Below, piece after piece: positions 7,940 to 8,413 of a DNA stretch of 8,413 nucleotides. The position numbers and the translations under genes are program-made. Origin of the DNA: Fonticula alba ATCC 38817 (Eukaryota; Protista; Nucleariida). Below the pieces are notes generated by a model. The model saw nothing but the letters and a program-made list of their open reading frames with translations, had not been told where the DNA came from and did not search any database. Where the stretch lies: assembly GCA_000388065.2 (NCBI GenBank), contig KB932244.1; one strand, written 5' to 3'. Positions within the stretch are counted from its first letter, which is position 1. Every line of letters begins with the position of its first letter.

Positions 7940-8214
7940 CGCTCCGGTGGAGCTTCGGCCGCGGAGCACTATATTCTGGGAGAGGCTGAAGGCGAGACGG
8001 TTCAGCACGGGGTCCCGTGATGTGGGGCCGCTCTCGGGCGAGGGCCTCTCGTCAGCCACGGAGTANNNNNNNNNNNNNNNNNNNNNNNNCGCTCCGGTGG
8101 AGCTTCGGCCGCGGAGCACTATATTCTGGGAGAGGCTGAAGGCGAGACGGTTCAGCACGGGGTCCCGTGATGTGGGGCCGCTCTCGGGCGAGGGCCTCTC
8201 GTCAGCCACGGAGT
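7940..8214. repeat. 125-bp duplication (7940-8064 and 8090-8214) flanking a 24-N scaffold gap (8066-8089); unmerged contig overlap
   Basis: Identical sequence on both sides of the N run, offset by 150 nt, typical of a negative-size gap. Confidence 0.9.
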
Positions 8215-8383
8215 GCCAGGGCCGAGGCGCACTGGACGCGGAAGGCGGCTGCCGGCGGGCGCTGCGCCGGGTCCGAGTCCCAGGCCAGGGCCACAAGCGC
8301 CCCGAGGCCAGGGTTGGCGTCGGCGGCGATGCCGGGCCGGGTGCCCACCTGCACCGAGCTGGAGATGGTCTGGAAGTCGGCAC
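8202..8383 (-). CDS. Terminal exon of a TKL / tyrosine-kinase-like protein kinase (subdomains X-XI)
   Basis: After acceptor CTCAG| (AG at 8385-8384) the frame starting at 8381 reads ADFQTISSSVQVGTRPGIAADANPGLGALVALAWDSDPAQRPPAAAFRVQCASALALRG* with TGA at 8204-8202. This matches the kinase C-lobe pattern I-x3-V-x2-G-x-R-P...L-x2-L-x3-(C)W-x2-D-P-x2-R-P. It is not in the ORF track. Confidence 0.85.
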
Positions 8384-8413
8384 CTGAGCCGATGTGCGTG
8401 CGTGTGTGTGTGC
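8384..8413 (-). other. 3' end of the intron preceding the kinase terminal exon, with a CA-rich microsatellite
   Basis: Minus strand gcacacacacacgcacgcacatcggctcAG. Confidence 0.7.

Noticed and set aside
5627-7989. Long intergenic ORFs (5627..7135, 5895..6920, 6202..7563, 6466..7989, 6872..7858 and others)
   Set aside because: Expected in very GC-rich DNA. They lack motifs, several overlap the tRNA or poly-T tracts, and some run through the adapter artefact.
7905-8204. Possible plus-strand exon after TTTTCAG with an in-frame TGA (selenocysteine?), and UUCG-capped hairpins suggesting an ncRNA
   Set aside because: All three frames hit stops without recognisable protein, no SECIS is evident, and the region is explained as the minus-strand kinase 3'UTR.
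7475-8214. Repeat-spacer-repeat patterns as CRISPR, LTR or transposon termini
   Set aside because: Only two identical copies each; one spacer is an Illumina adapter and the other an N gap.

Overview
Very GC-rich eukaryotic genomic DNA with spliceosomal introns and a Pol III tRNA gene. The style recalls the aggregative amoeba Fonticula alba; this is an inference from memory, not a search result. The main gene is on the minus strand and is missing from the ORF track in its true form. It has two exons (5004->3654 and 3417->beyond position 1) joined by a GT-AG intron and encodes at least ~1,590 aa: signal peptide, Cys-poor beta-rich domain, short Cys module, second Cys-poor domain, then ~14 furin-like CxxC repeats running off the window. 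At the far right, also on the minus strand, is the last exon of a TKL/tyrosine-kinase-like protein kinase (8383->8202). The ~3 kb between them holds a tRNA-Gly(GCC) gene, a candidate ~315-nt multibranch structured RNA of unassigned family (5257-5573), an AT-rich island and homopolymer tracts. Two apparent tandem duplications are assembly artefacts: one flanks an Illumina adapter, the other an N gap. Nearly all other listed ORFs are GC-rich shadow ORFs.
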